Below, one piece after another: positions 9,695-20,030 of a DNA stretch of 64,000 nt. The stretch lies in IMG/VR virus record IMGVR_UViG_3300038345_000393. The stretch is one strand, 5' to 3'. This stretch comes from an uncultured virus (IMG/VR IMGVR_UViG_3300038345_000393). Its lineage: Duplodnaviria; Heunggongvirae; Uroviricota; Caudoviricetes. The notes under the pieces were generated by a model. It made no database searches. It was not told the origin of the DNA and saw only the letters and a list, made by a program, of their open reading frames with translations. Both the position numbers and the translations under genes were made by a program. Positions within the stretch are counted from its first letter, which is position 1. Each line of letters starts with the position of its first letter.

Positions 9695-11563
9695 TTAATC
9701 GACAGGCCAAATTGAAACTATGTCTTCAAACAGCTCTTTAGTTCTCTTAATAATTTCGTCTTTGCCCCACGTTGAAGAGTCAATAATGCTGCTTGTTATA
9801 ACGAACTTGGATGATGTCTTATAGCCGTTTACGAATTTATTCTTTGAATTAACGAAGCCATTTTTCTTGCAATCAAACGGGGCATTGCTTAATTCACTAT
9901 TCTTTTTGTCGGACAAAATGGTCATATTGCCGATATAGAAGATAAGACGATTTCTTTCATCGTCAAGTTTTTGTTTCATCTCTTCATACTCGGCATCGCT
10001 AAAAATGTTGCCATTATCATCATATCTTGGATAATCAATTGGCCAATATTTTTCAGGACTCTGTGGCATAATATGCTCTAATTCATGAGATTTTTTACTA
10101 ATGTATAGCGATTGTTTTTCTGAATTTGATTCGTAAGATTTCTTTAATTCAACCCAATATAAAAGTAATTTCGCAACAGCGTTAGACTTCATGTTCATGA
10201 GACTATTTTTTAACGAATCATCATTTAGATTTTTCAAATTAAAATAATATCGAGGATTGTATTTGGCAGGATCTTTGATTAATTGAGCAGCCTCGTTGTT
10301 GAAGTTTTTATCTGCTCCAAGTTTAAAAATATAATCTCTGACAATGTAATTTTCTAAAGATTTTAATTTGCTACAAACATCATTGTTTTCATAAATGACT
10401 TTAAGAATGTATGGATCGAAAGTGGTTGTGTCTATATAAGAAAGTATTTGCAACAAATGTTTGATTTGATTTTCATCAGCAGATAAAGATTTGTCGTAAT
10501 ATGCTATTCCGTGCTCCATAATATCGGCCTTCATATCGATAAAATACAATTTGTAAGTGTTAGCATATGAGCAAATATCAGCAATAAAATCTTTTTGCTC
10601 CTTTAAATTAAAACCTTTTGCATAGCTTTTATATGCTTCGGCGATGTTCTCTAGTTTAGCTCCTGTCGCTGTTGGATCAAACAAATCTGGATGCATATAG
10701 GCATAAGCTTGGAGAAATAATTCCAAATTGGTTCTTTCCATTTTGCCAACACTCTTTTTAGTTAGCCATAATTCAGTAATAATTTGATTATCTTCAAATG
10801 TTTTTCCCCATGTTTTATCAAAAAAAGCTTCCACTTCTTTTGAATTTCTCTCAAGCAGTTCTGATAGTTTATCAAATAGATTGTTTTTAATAATATCAGA
10901 TGAGGTCAATCTTATTCCGGCTCTATTAATGGTGTCAAAAATCGCTTGCTCATTATCTTCGCCCTCAAGGGTAATTTTAACTAATGTTTTTCTAGAGTCT
11001 TCAGTTACATTGGTAATAACGTTTTGTATTTCTGTTTCAGAATTGCTCTCGTTAATTTTTGTTCTGAAAAAACAATAACAACCAACGATTTTTGATTTGT
11101 TATTAAAAAGTTTGTTGTAATTGTCTTTGTATTTTCCGTTAACAACATCCTGATAATCTTGCACATCATTTCTAGAACTCACCAATTTAACGTTTTCTGT
11201 ATCGGACTTTTTTCCTCTGGAAAACAGCGATTCCATATTAAACAAATAAGAATGTAAATGATTATAATAATCAGTTCTTCGTTCTTTTAAATCGAGTCCA
11301 TCGATCAAAGCCTGAGTTAAAATCGATATAGTTGTTATTCTTTGTTGACCATCAATGATTAAGTACTCCATTTTATCGTCTTTGGTTAGGCCTAAATATT
11401 TTAAAATAATAGAACCTAAAAAATTGTTTTTACCTGAAGACGCCAACGTCTCCCACAAGCCATTCCAATTGTCTTCGTCCCAAACATACGCTCTTTGAAA
11501 AAAAGGGACTATATAAATAGCTTGTGTTTTTAAAAATGTAATAGAACTATCTGTAGCATTCAT
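9695..11563 (-). CDS. DUF262/DUF1524 GmrSD-like modification-dependent endonuclease
   Basis: VPFFQRAYVW, IIDGQQRITT, IFDTINRAG; C-terminal HNH-like ELEHIMPQ...GNMTIL...N. Confidence 0.85.
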   Translation of the reverse strand: MNATDSSITFLKTQAIYIVPFFQRAYVWDEDNWNGLWETLASSGKNNFLGSIILKYLGLTKDDKMEYLIIDGQQRITTISILTQALIDGLDLKERRTDYYNHLHSYLFNMESLFSRGKKSDTENVKLVSSRNDVQDYQDVVNGKYKDNYNKLFNNKSKIVGCYCFFRTKINESNSETEIQNVITNVTEDSRKTLVKITLEGEDNEQAIFDTINRAGIRLTSSDIIKNNLFDKLSELLERNSKEVEAFFDKTWGKTFEDNQIITELWLTKKSVGKMERTNLELFLQAYAYMHPDLFDPTATGAKLENIAEAYKSYAKGFNLKEQKDFIADICSYANTYKLYFIDMKADIMEHGIAYYDKSLSADENQIKHLLQILSYIDTTTFDPYILKVIYENNDVCSKLKSLENYIVRDYIFKLGADKNFNNEAAQLIKDPAKYNPRYYFNLKNLNDDSLKNSLMNMKSNAVAKLLLYWVELKKSYESNSEKQSLYISKKSHELEHIMPQSPEKYWPIDYPRYDDNGNIFSDAEYEEMKQKLDDERNRLIFYIGNMTILSDKKNSELSNAPFDCKKNGFVNSKNKFVNGYKTSSKFVITSSIIDSSTWGKDEIIKRTKELFEDIVSIWPVD

Positions 11564-11708
11564 ATCTAATACTCCTATCTTCTTCAGTGCTAATTTTTGC
11601 TAATTTCGGATTAATTATATAAAACAAAATCGGTTAATAAAAGCAATATTCAGAGCTCTGATTATAGGATATTTCGTTAGCGTTTATTGTAAAGTTTTGA
11701 GTAACCAA

Positions 11709-11885
11709 TTAATTGTTTGCTTTTATTATTTCATAAGCATCTACACCAGGTATTAATGCACAGCCACCCCATGTTCCATGAAGCTGGCCAACATCATCAA
11801 TATATGTAACTATGCCTATTTTGTTAGTGTAATTTGGTTCTCCAACCATATCAATAATTCTAATTGTGTCACCAACTTTTGCCAT
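11709..11885 (-). CDS. DUF4314-like small protein (58 aa; start re-called to 11885)
   Basis: AAGGAG RBS before ATG; GDTIRIIDM...GIVTYIDDVGQLHGTWG...LIPGVD. Confidence 0.75.
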   Translation of the reverse strand: MAKVGDTIRIIDMVGEPNYTNKIGIVTYIDDVGQLHGTWGGCALIPGVDAYEIIKANN

Positions 11886-11924
11886 AAGTGTCTCCTTTCG
11901 CCAGACATTAGGTGTCTTCAAAAG

Positions 11925-12280
11925 GAAAAATAAAAACCATCCACAATGAAAACACCACAATGTAGTTAACGGATGGTACTTCATTCCAACCAAACTTAAC
12001 TACTGGTGTTACATCCACTCCTTGGATGGCCACATGCTCAATATTGCTATTGTGTGGAGCGTAGAACTATACCCCCATCTAGACCTTGTCCCACATCAGG
12101 GTGGAGAGTTATCTAAGATTACTAATATAGCCCCTGGGCGATACTTTCCACATTGGTAGAAGCTAACACACCTCCTACCAGATTAATTGGCTGGGTTCAG
12201 ACTTCGTTTTAGTCAAGTTTACACCTACTCCAGAAGTATTTCATTCTTCGGTCTTTTGGCGCGGCATCTGACCATGCATT
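11925..12280 (-). ncRNA. candidate ~350-nt structured RNA or regulatory leader
   Basis: GC-elevated intergenic stretch with many helices (12154-62/12172-80, 12039-52 with GCAA loop on - strand, 12012-17/12023-28) ending in a terminator-like stem 11936-42/11971-77 and T-run. Confidence 0.55.
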
Positions 12281-12313
12281 TTTAATCACTTATAATTTTA
12301 AATCAAAATGAAA

Positions 12314-13585
12314 TTAAGAATCAAACCCTAAGTACGTTCGAATATCAGCAGAGTTCTTTTCTATATTTTCGATTAAAAACTCTATATCATCGGTGTTATT
12401 TTTGTTCCACGTTTGTATAACATGCTTCAAATCAATTAAAAAGGCTTGGACAAACTCATGATTGTTTTTCCCGTCTTTCCAAGTAGACTTTGCAAAACCA
12501 ACATATTTCAAATTATCTTCGCTCTTAAAACGTTCTGCATTTTTGTTAAAAGGCAAAAGAAACGCATTATAGACATTTTTAATATTGGCAAAATTCTGTT
12601 TGACAAAGTCGCCATAAGTGATTTGCTTTTGAATAGATGTTGTTTCTGGCAAATCATCATATATCCCAGTTGTGCCAAAGCGGTAATACTTTGCATCAAG
12701 TATATAAGCTGTATCCTTTCTGATGACTATTGTATCTGGCCTTAATTTTGAACTATCTTTTTCTATGTAACCATCTCTGACTAATTGCCATTTTCCAACT
12801 GGTTCAAACTCAGACTTTGTCTTTATATTGCCAAAAATAGAATCAATCATCTTTTCAAAAATAGTATGATACTTATCAACACCATAAACAAAGGCCTTGC
12901 CTTCAAGAGAAGAATCAAGCCCTAAAATAATGTTTTTCATATGAGAAAGTCTTAATTGTTTAACATCATCAAAAGTTGAATTTAATTCAATGTCTATTTC
13001 ATGAACAAACTTCTTTTTGGTCTCTTCACTAAAAGGGATGTATTGAATAAACTTCGAATTCATATTAAACATCCATCCAATATAATCGATACTCTTTTTT
13101 AAACAAAAACGATATATCAAAGAAAGCAAATCATCTCTATTGTTTCTTATAGAAACGATAATATCCTGATATATAATGTTTCCATCTGAAATAATTGGAT
13201 TTGTTTTAAACGTTTTTTTCCAGTCAACTCTTCCGTTTTGATTAGTTCTAAAAACTTTTTCTCTATTTACAAAGAAGCCGTTTTTCAAAAAGTCATCAAT
13301 AATCCATAAGTAACTATAAAGAGCAAATGTTGTTTCGTTTTCACGTTTACTAAAAATCTCAACTTTTGTTTTCGATTTTGTGTCAGCGAGAGAAAGCGTT
13401 TTTAGCAAAGAGATAATATCGTATCTTATCGTCCTAGAATTAATGTCAAATTGATAAGCTTCTGGTATATAGAGGTGAATATCGTTTCCGACAATCTTTA
13501 TTCCAACGAAAGAGTCGTTGTCTTTTCCGGTTGAATTATGCTGATGGAGATTGTGAATTGTTGTCTTTTGTAATAATTCCATCAT
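12314..13585 (-). CDS. LlaJI-family (McrC-like) restriction endonuclease subunit
   Basis: DSFVGIK start, GRVDWKKT, LRPDTIV...ILDAKYY, SIQKQITYG; overlaps the McrB-like gene. Confidence 0.85.
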   Translation of the reverse strand: MMELLQKTTIHNLHQHNSTGKDNDSFVGIKIVGNDIHLYIPEAYQFDINSRTIRYDIISLLKTLSLADTKSKTKVEIFSKRENETTFALYSYLWIIDDFLKNGFFVNREKVFRTNQNGRVDWKKTFKTNPIISDGNIIYQDIIVSIRNNRDDLLSLIYRFCLKKSIDYIGWMFNMNSKFIQYIPFSEETKKKFVHEIDIELNSTFDDVKQLRLSHMKNIILGLDSSLEGKAFVYGVDKYHTIFEKMIDSIFGNIKTKSEFEPVGKWQLVRDGYIEKDSSKLRPDTIVIRKDTAYILDAKYYRFGTTGIYDDLPETTSIQKQITYGDFVKQNFANIKNVYNAFLLPFNKNAERFKSEDNLKYVGFAKSTWKDGKNNHEFVQAFLIDLKHVIQTWNKNNTDDIEFLIENIEKNSADIRTYLGFDS

Positions 13586-15428
13586 TAAAAACAGCCTCGC
13601 CTTTTTTTAAATATGAATCGACTAGTTCATCTAAAGTGTTTATTTCTTTAAACCATTCTGGTCTTGAGAATTTTGCAACATCATCCCATAAATATTCAAA
13701 AAATTTAAAAGCAAACTTTTTCTTCTCTTCATCGGTAGCTACTTTATAGTCTTTGAACAAATAACTTTCTTCAATGAAGAAAACACCTATTTGCTTATCT
13801 TCATTATTTAATATTTCTTTATCCCTAACAATGAATTTATTAATGTCAGTAACAAGCTTTTTCCAGGTTATATTTTTGCTCATACCAGGAATGCAAAAAT
13901 CGGCATAAGGGTGATCTTCTTTAAAAATATTTTCTAATTTTTGAAAATCCCATCTTCTCTTGAATGCTAAATCAAGAGTGTAAACATTTTGATCGGAAGT
14001 ATTCATGGTGGCATAGAGAGATAGGTTTGAAGGTAAGAAAATAGGGACTGGGTGTAATTCGTCATCGTTTTTAAACTCAGAAACACCTTTTTCTTTTAAA
14101 TATTTAGAGATTGTCGGATTGACAATAGAATACCTGCTTCTACCATCTTCTTTCCTATCCAATAGCTGGAAGATTTCACCAAAAATACTTGGAGCGTTTC
14201 CTCTATTTAATTCTTCAATAATCAAGGCACAATTATTATTTGGGTGTAAGTAAGCATCCAGCAAAGCTACAACAAATGGACCAGGTTTGAATTTATATTC
14301 AACAGTTCTTTTACCTTTATCGTTTTCCACAATGTTAGGCAATATCTGTCCTATAAAATCAGTATTGGTATAATCTTGATAAAATGTCGTTCGAACAGCG
14401 TGAACGAGATTATTATTTTCGTCGCGCTTGTAGTCCTTGAGCAAAGTGTTTTCAACATAAAACGATTTGCCACAACCCGGTGTTCCATAAACAACGTGGT
14501 TGATTCCAACCTTAACTTCATCATCAGCATCATCACTTTGAACTATTTGGCCATTATCAGAAATCAACAAATCTTTTGGATATAGATATTGTCCCAACGC
14601 AACACCTTTTTCAAATTCCTGCCGATAGGATCTTTCGGTGGCGGTGGTAAAATGAGCTAAAGTTCTTATTTCGTTAAAACTATCAGAATTAACATAATCG
14701 TGATAGATGGCGCCGAATAATCTAATGGCGTCAAAAACGTTTCCACACCTTTCCCGTATATTTATTAATTCGTTCGCATATTCTTGATTAGATGCTTTTG
14801 GCTGAATCTTGTTCATTATGCATTGAACAGGATTATCGTCAGCCACGGCAACGCCGTCGTTTTGCATTAATCGTTTGGTTTCTCTATTCTTTTCGGCAGC
14901 GTTGTTAAACACGACGTTTTCTCCAAAGCAATGTATTCTGAAGTGTAATTGGTTTTGAGAGACAATAGAGATATCACTAGCAAACCAAGTCCAATCATTT
15001 TGCCAACCCATAGTCTCATTAATCTTCTGAAATAGGTCCTCATTATATGTTACTCCAGCAAATTGTATAGTTTGAGGATATTTCAAAGTAATCCTGTTGT
15101 GATGAACGTCCGCATATTCATCTCCAGTTTGACGAATTAAAAGCATAATGAAGCAGGCATCAGGAATCTCTGTTCCATTAACATATATATTATTAAACAT
15201 TGCGGCAGATATTATTTCGTTATCGTCAGTTCTCTGCCCACCTCTTCCAAACTCCGCGTCTATTTGAGAAATATCAATCGAACAAAAAGTCATGCCAAGC
15301 AGTAAATCTTCTTTACCATTTTTAGTTATCTTGTGGCTGCTCGTTTGTCCTACAGAAGTTCCCCAAGAAGGATTGCCGCCTACTCTATTTCTAAAATTAT
15401 ATCCAAAAGATCCAATATCAATTTTCAT
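13536..15428 (-). CDS. mcrB: McrB-like AAA+ NTPase of an LlaJI/McrBC-type system
   Basis: Walker A GTPGCGKS, IIEELNRGN, TMNTSDQN McrB signature, FKRRW. Confidence 0.85.
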   Translation of the reverse strand: MKIDIGSFGYNFRNRVGGNPSWGTSVGQTSSHKITKNGKEDLLLGMTFCSIDISQIDAEFGRGGQRTDDNEIISAAMFNNIYVNGTEIPDACFIMLLIRQTGDEYADVHHNRITLKYPQTIQFAGVTYNEDLFQKINETMGWQNDWTWFASDISIVSQNQLHFRIHCFGENVVFNNAAEKNRETKRLMQNDGVAVADDNPVQCIMNKIQPKASNQEYANELINIRERCGNVFDAIRLFGAIYHDYVNSDSFNEIRTLAHFTTATERSYRQEFEKGVALGQYLYPKDLLISDNGQIVQSDDADDEVKVGINHVVYGTPGCGKSFYVENTLLKDYKRDENNNLVHAVRTTFYQDYTNTDFIGQILPNIVENDKGKRTVEYKFKPGPFVVALLDAYLHPNNNCALIIEELNRGNAPSIFGEIFQLLDRKEDGRSRYSIVNPTISKYLKEKGVSEFKNDDELHPVPIFLPSNLSLYATMNTSDQNVYTLDLAFKRRWDFQKLENIFKEDHPYADFCIPGMSKNITWKKLVTDINKFIVRDKEILNNEDKQIGVFFIEESYLFKDYKVATDEEKKKFAFKFFEYLWDDVAKFSRPEWFKEINTLDELVDSYLKKGEAVFNDGIITKDNNSQSPSA

Positions 15429-15613
15429 AACAAATCTCCCTTATTCTTAGTGCTTGTCTAAAATGCTATTTAATATGCAGGTGTAGCTAATATATTTTAG
15501 CAAGAATTATTAACTTTTATATCAAAATAAAAAATAAACTCATAGCGCGTAGACTATTTATAACATTATCTAGTTCTATATATTCGTTTTTGGATGAAAT
15601 TGTGAACTCTTTT

Positions 15614-16456
15614 TTATTCATCACTTGTTTCATTAACACTATTATTATCGAGGAATTGCTTGTGTTCTTTTTTAAACTTACTTATTGCCTTGCCATAAAC
15701 AACAACGCTTCCCCCCCACTCTTCATAATCGTCAGAAGATAATAAATTAAATATCGGCTTTTTATCCAAGCCAAAGATCGCTTGTCTATAATGTATATCA
15801 CTATCGTGTCTTATTTCGATGGTACCAACGTTTTTACCATCATTGATAAAGGTAACTTTTTGATAGTGGGTTTGGTCTTTAGTTCTCGCTTTAGAGCATT
15901 CACGTTTTATGTTTTTGGTGAGAATATCAACGACTTCATCGCTCAAAAAAACATGGAACTTGCCATCGTTTTGGATGGTTAAATACGTCACTTCTCCACA
16001 ATTGAACATTGATTTTGACAAAAACGCAGCAAACACATTGTCGTCTTGCAATTTTCCGCAAAGCGCAAGCATTTTTGGCTTAAGTTTTTGTTTGCAAGCA
16101 TCCTTATTTGTTTCATATTCAGAAAATGTTTTTGGATAACAATTTAAGCAGGATAAAATGAGTTCCCCAACTCCATCGCCTATTCCGCCCATGACTTTGA
16201 ATATTGTATCTGTTTTAAATCTATCAGCCCCATACAAGAATAACTGCCATCGCGTTTCGCCGCCCTTAATAGAGTGTGTATCACCATTTCTATCGACAAC
16301 ATCTTTTTTATCGGTCAGTCCGTTTAAATACTCATTATCCATCCCTATCAGCCTCGCAAATTCTTTCTCCGCGGCGTGGCCTGTTAAATTTACTTCACTA
16401 GCCTTTTCTGGACTCATTCCCCTTTTTGCCATAGCATAAAATCCTCCATATCCCAA
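15614..16456 (-). CDS. putative type II restriction endonuclease (PD-(D/E)xK-like)
   Basis: GHAAEKEF...KKDVVD...HSIKG pattern; directly downstream of a C5 methyltransferase. Confidence 0.55.
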   Translation of the reverse strand: MGYGGFYAMAKRGMSPEKASEVNLTGHAAEKEFARLIGMDNEYLNGLTDKKDVVDRNGDTHSIKGGETRWQLFLYGADRFKTDTIFKVMGGIGDGVGELILSCLNCYPKTFSEYETNKDACKQKLKPKMLALCGKLQDDNVFAAFLSKSMFNCGEVTYLTIQNDGKFHVFLSDEVVDILTKNIKRECSKARTKDQTHYQKVTFINDGKNVGTIEIRHDSDIHYRQAIFGLDKKPIFNLLSSDDYEEWGGSVVVYGKAISKFKKEHKQFLDNNSVNETSDE

Positions 16457-16638
16457 TAATTCATTATATCTTTATTATTTTTCTTGCGGAAACTACCAAT
16501 ACATAGCGCAACCAGGTTGATAGTTATTAATTTTCATTTCAATTGTATACAAAATAAAAGGGTGTTTTATTGAAAAACACCTTAATATTTCGCCTAATCT
16601 TTTTAAAAAAGAAGCACTATGAAGCTTTCCAAACCAAA

Positions 16639-17727
16639 CTAAAAATCAAACAAATCTGAATCAATATCTTTAAGCTGGTTAAAAATATGTTCAAGCAATA
16701 TCGTGACAAGATTCACATCCCAGCCATTGCCAGCTCTCTTAGATAATTGAGAATAAGATTGGCCTGCAAAAACAATATCGATATCTCTTCCAACACCAAC
16801 AAGACCTTCCAATCCCATTAATCTAAATTGTTCAGTCACTGACATTTTTCTGACAACTTCTTTGTCGCGGTGCGATTCAATAACTCTTAAAGAATTATGT
16901 TCAGGAAGAGTGATTGTTATAGAATAACCATCGTATTTAATTTTTTTGTTATAAATATCAAGACACAAAGCTGTATCAACAAAAAAGCTAGGAATGTTAT
17001 GTTTTACTTTCAAATGCTCAATTTGTTTTTTTGAAAGATATAATTCTTTAGGAACATAGCCATCTGGATCTAAAAAATCAGCCATTTTTAAACTATTTTT
17101 TTGTTGGGGCGGAACCATTGAAAAATTCTTTGGAAGACCACCAAGTCTAGCAAACATCCAGACTCGTTCTCTGTTTTGAGGAATGCCATAATCCTTTGAA
17201 TTTAGAACGGCCATGGCCAAAGGAGACTCATTTGGATCGTTAGAATTTGAGACATATCCCATCTCTCTAAGCATTTTGCACATTTGTTTACGTGTTTCTT
17301 CAAATTTTCTTGAAAGTATGCCTTTGACGTTTTCCATCAAAATGTATCTTGGTTTTTTCACTGCACATATACGCATAATATGTTGGAACAAAGTTCCTCT
17401 ACCATATGGATCATTCACACCTTTTTGCATTCCAGCCGTCGAAAATGGTTGACATGGGAAACCACCTGTAAACAGATCAAAATCAGGAAAATCTTTCTCA
17501 TTAGGATCAATCAAAGTAATGTCAGAATAATTTTTAATTGGCTCACCATTTTCTTGTTTATGATTTGCATCAAACAATTCGCTGGCCCATTTATCAATTT
17601 CAGAGTATGCAACAACAACGTAATCAAATTTATTGTGTCGGCTTTTGACTCGCTTTAAAGCAAAACTTCCTCCGCCGTAACCAGCAAATCCTTCAAAAAC
17701 TTTTAACTTTTTATATTTGGTTTTCAT
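16639..17727 (-). CDS. dcm: DNA (cytosine-5)-methyltransferase
   Basis: FAGYGG, GGFPCQPFS, MENVKG, PQNRERVW, AGNGW motifs. Confidence 0.95.
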   Translation of the reverse strand: MKTKYKKLKVFEGFAGYGGGSFALKRVKSRHNKFDYVVVAYSEIDKWASELFDANHKQENGEPIKNYSDITLIDPNEKDFPDFDLFTGGFPCQPFSTAGMQKGVNDPYGRGTLFQHIMRICAVKKPRYILMENVKGILSRKFEETRKQMCKMLREMGYVSNSNDPNESPLAMAVLNSKDYGIPQNRERVWMFARLGGLPKNFSMVPPQQKNSLKMADFLDPDGYVPKELYLSKKQIEHLKVKHNIPSFFVDTALCLDIYNKKIKYDGYSITITLPEHNSLRVIESHRDKEVVRKMSVTEQFRLMGLEGLVGVGRDIDIVFAGQSYSQLSKRAGNGWDVNLVTILLEHIFNQLKDIDSDLFDF

Positions 17728-17972
17728 TTAATATGACCCGCCTATATTATATATTACAACTATATATAAATACAGTTGTTTTTGTGTAGACATCATATCA
17801 CAAGTCTTAAAAACTAACCATCATTTTTTGATTTAATTGGAGCAAAATAGTCAGAAGCACATCATGTAATCAAAACGAATAAAACTACCACCACAACAAC
17901 ATTTGGCATTAGCCTATCGTTTCTAAAAATAAAATGTATTTTAGAAGATCGCAATGGTCTGTTAATTGTGCT

Positions 17973-19286
17973 TTAATTTAATACATCGTTTGACCAGCTA
18001 ATCCATATTTTTACAATTTGAGCCCTTCTTTTAGCTAAGCCAACAGAGATACCAGGATATTGTTCAACAAGATCTTTTGCAATCTCATCAATAGTTAAAG
18101 ACCACCCACCATTATTTGTCGCTTCTATGTATAACTTAGTAAAGACAATATTTCTTCTAATAGCTAGCGCAAATTCTTTTTTGAATTCGTCGCTACCAGT
18201 CTTCATTTTTCTCAGTTGTAATCCACAATCGGTAAAATCGTTTTTGCTGTTAATTATTCCCAAAAATTTAAGTGATGAAACCATATGAACAATTGTTTTA
18301 TGCGGATATTTGCTAAACCTTTTATCTAAAAAATCAAAATCAGAAATCATATCTTTGTTTCTTATCTTTATAAGCGGAAATAAAGATTCAACATTCTTGA
18401 TATATGGAAAAGCACAAGGAATTCCCCAAATAAGTATTTCTTCACCATTGTTTCTCAAGTTAGCCTTGCAATTAATACTGCGTTTAGTTGCCAGGCTCAT
18501 TACGTCGTAATACTCGTAATAGTGTTGTTTATCGTTGGTGAATTCTTTAACCACTTTGTCTGTGTAATTATTAGAAATAATGACATAAGCCCCTCTTTCA
18601 AGTGCGGCGTCACATTCGCGTTTAAGCTCTAAAAAATCCTTAAAAGAGAAACCAGATTTTTGATATGAGGTAAAACCATCATTTTCTTTGTAATCATAAG
18701 GAGGATCAATATAAACAACATCACCCATGCCTGCTTTTCTAATTGCATCCACATAGGAACCATTCATTATCACCACATCAGGTTTGTTTAAATAAGCAGA
18801 AATGGCGAGTATGTTTTTCTTATCATAGAAAGATTTAATGCTGTTTCGTCCAATTGGTGTATTAAAAAACCCTGCAGCATTAACGCGATACAAGCCGTTA
18901 TAGCATGTTTTGTTAAGAAAAATAAAACGAGCCGCTATTTCTAAATCAGATAGACATTCAAAATCAGCGTTTCTGTCCATTCTTCGAATTTCATAATAAA
19001 AATCTTCGCCTCTTTCTTGAAACAATCTATATAGCTCATCAAGACGAGACATCAAAGCATCCGGATTGTCTCTTATCGTTCTATAGGTCTTCATCAATTC
19101 GGAGTTTAAATCGTTAATGATCGTTTTGTCGTTATTGAGCGAAAGAAAAACGACACCACCTCCAACAAATGGCTCAATAAATCGATATGATTCTTTATTG
19201 TCATACTTGGTACTATCTTTTATTTTTTCAAGAATGATATCGATTATCTGTCTTTTTCCACCGGCCCATTTAACAAATGGTTTCAA
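17973..19286 (-). CDS. dam: Dam/DpnM-family N6-adenine methyltransferase with ~140-aa C-terminal extension
   Basis: KPFVKWAGGKRQ, EPFVGGG, NKTCYNGLYRVN, YIDPPY. Confidence 0.93.
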   Translation of the reverse strand: MKPFVKWAGGKRQIIDIILEKIKDSTKYDNKESYRFIEPFVGGGVVFLSLNNDKTIINDLNSELMKTYRTIRDNPDALMSRLDELYRLFQERGEDFYYEIRRMDRNADFECLSDLEIAARFIFLNKTCYNGLYRVNAAGFFNTPIGRNSIKSFYDKKNILAISAYLNKPDVVIMNGSYVDAIRKAGMGDVVYIDPPYDYKENDGFTSYQKSGFSFKDFLELKRECDAALERGAYVIISNNYTDKVVKEFTNDKQHYYEYYDVMSLATKRSINCKANLRNNGEEILIWGIPCAFPYIKNVESLFPLIKIRNKDMISDFDFLDKRFSKYPHKTIVHMVSSLKFLGIINSKNDFTDCGLQLRKMKTGSDEFKKEFALAIRRNIVFTKLYIEATNNGGWSLTIDEIAKDLVEQYPGISVGLAKRRAQIVKIWISWSNDVLN

Positions 19287-19290
19287 AATA

Positions 19291-20028
19291 TTACCCCGCT
19301 ATTTTAACAATATATTCGTAAAGATATTCTTCAACTTCATCTTCATCCATAATACTGACGTGACTTACATTGCTGAGACAAGATAAATGGGTGAGAACTC
19401 TATGAACTTTTTTAGTAGGAAGCGTTGTATTGCTTTCTTTTTCGTATTTAATAACAGCCTTGATAAAAGCTAATCTAGCTATCTCATTATCAACGAAAGT
19501 GTAAAATACCATACGTCTTAAACCAGCATGGCCTAAAACGTACTTAGTGTATTCAAATCTATCATCAAGCCTATCATCTATTGAAAGAGAAGCTAATAAA
19601 TATAATCTTCCGACAATATTCCTCGCCATAGATCTTCTAACGTCCCCTTCAAAAAATAAAGTTCCGGAAAGGGATTTAATTTTTTCGTTTTGATTTAATA
19701 AATAACTCAAATAGTATTTGTAGCCGAATTGAAGTGCAAAAGCAGGCATGAATTTGTTGTTACAAATAACAGCTTTGCCTAAGCCTGCAGATTCAAATGC
19801 TTCATAAAGCAATTTAGCGTTATCAAAATCGTATTTTCTAGGTTCGTCATTGTCATATTTGAGTTCAATATCAAAATCATAGGCGGTGTTTTGGAGTTTG
19901 TGCTCTTTAAAAAAATCATCAAGCCATTCATTTGAGGCAGGATTTTCCCTAATCATCTTTTCAAAAGATTCAATATTGTTTGTCGCAAATGAAACGCTAT
20001 CGTCTGTAAAGCTCTTAAATTTTGCCAT
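19291..20028 (-). CDS. DUF6339-like protein
   Basis: DFDNAKLLYE and RSMARNIVGRLY resemble DUF6339 as recalled; sits in GHKL/MTase operon. Confidence 0.45.
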   Translation of the reverse strand: MAKFKSFTDDSVSFATNNIESFEKMIRENPASNEWLDDFFKEHKLQNTAYDFDIELKYDNDEPRKYDFDNAKLLYEAFESAGLGKAVICNNKFMPAFALQFGYKYYLSYLLNQNEKIKSLSGTLFFEGDVRRSMARNIVGRLYLLASLSIDDRLDDRFEYTKYVLGHAGLRRMVFYTFVDNEIARLAFIKAVIKYEKESNTTLPTKKVHRVLTHLSCLSNVSHVSIMDEDEVEEYLYEYIVKIAG

Positions 20029-20030
20029 AA

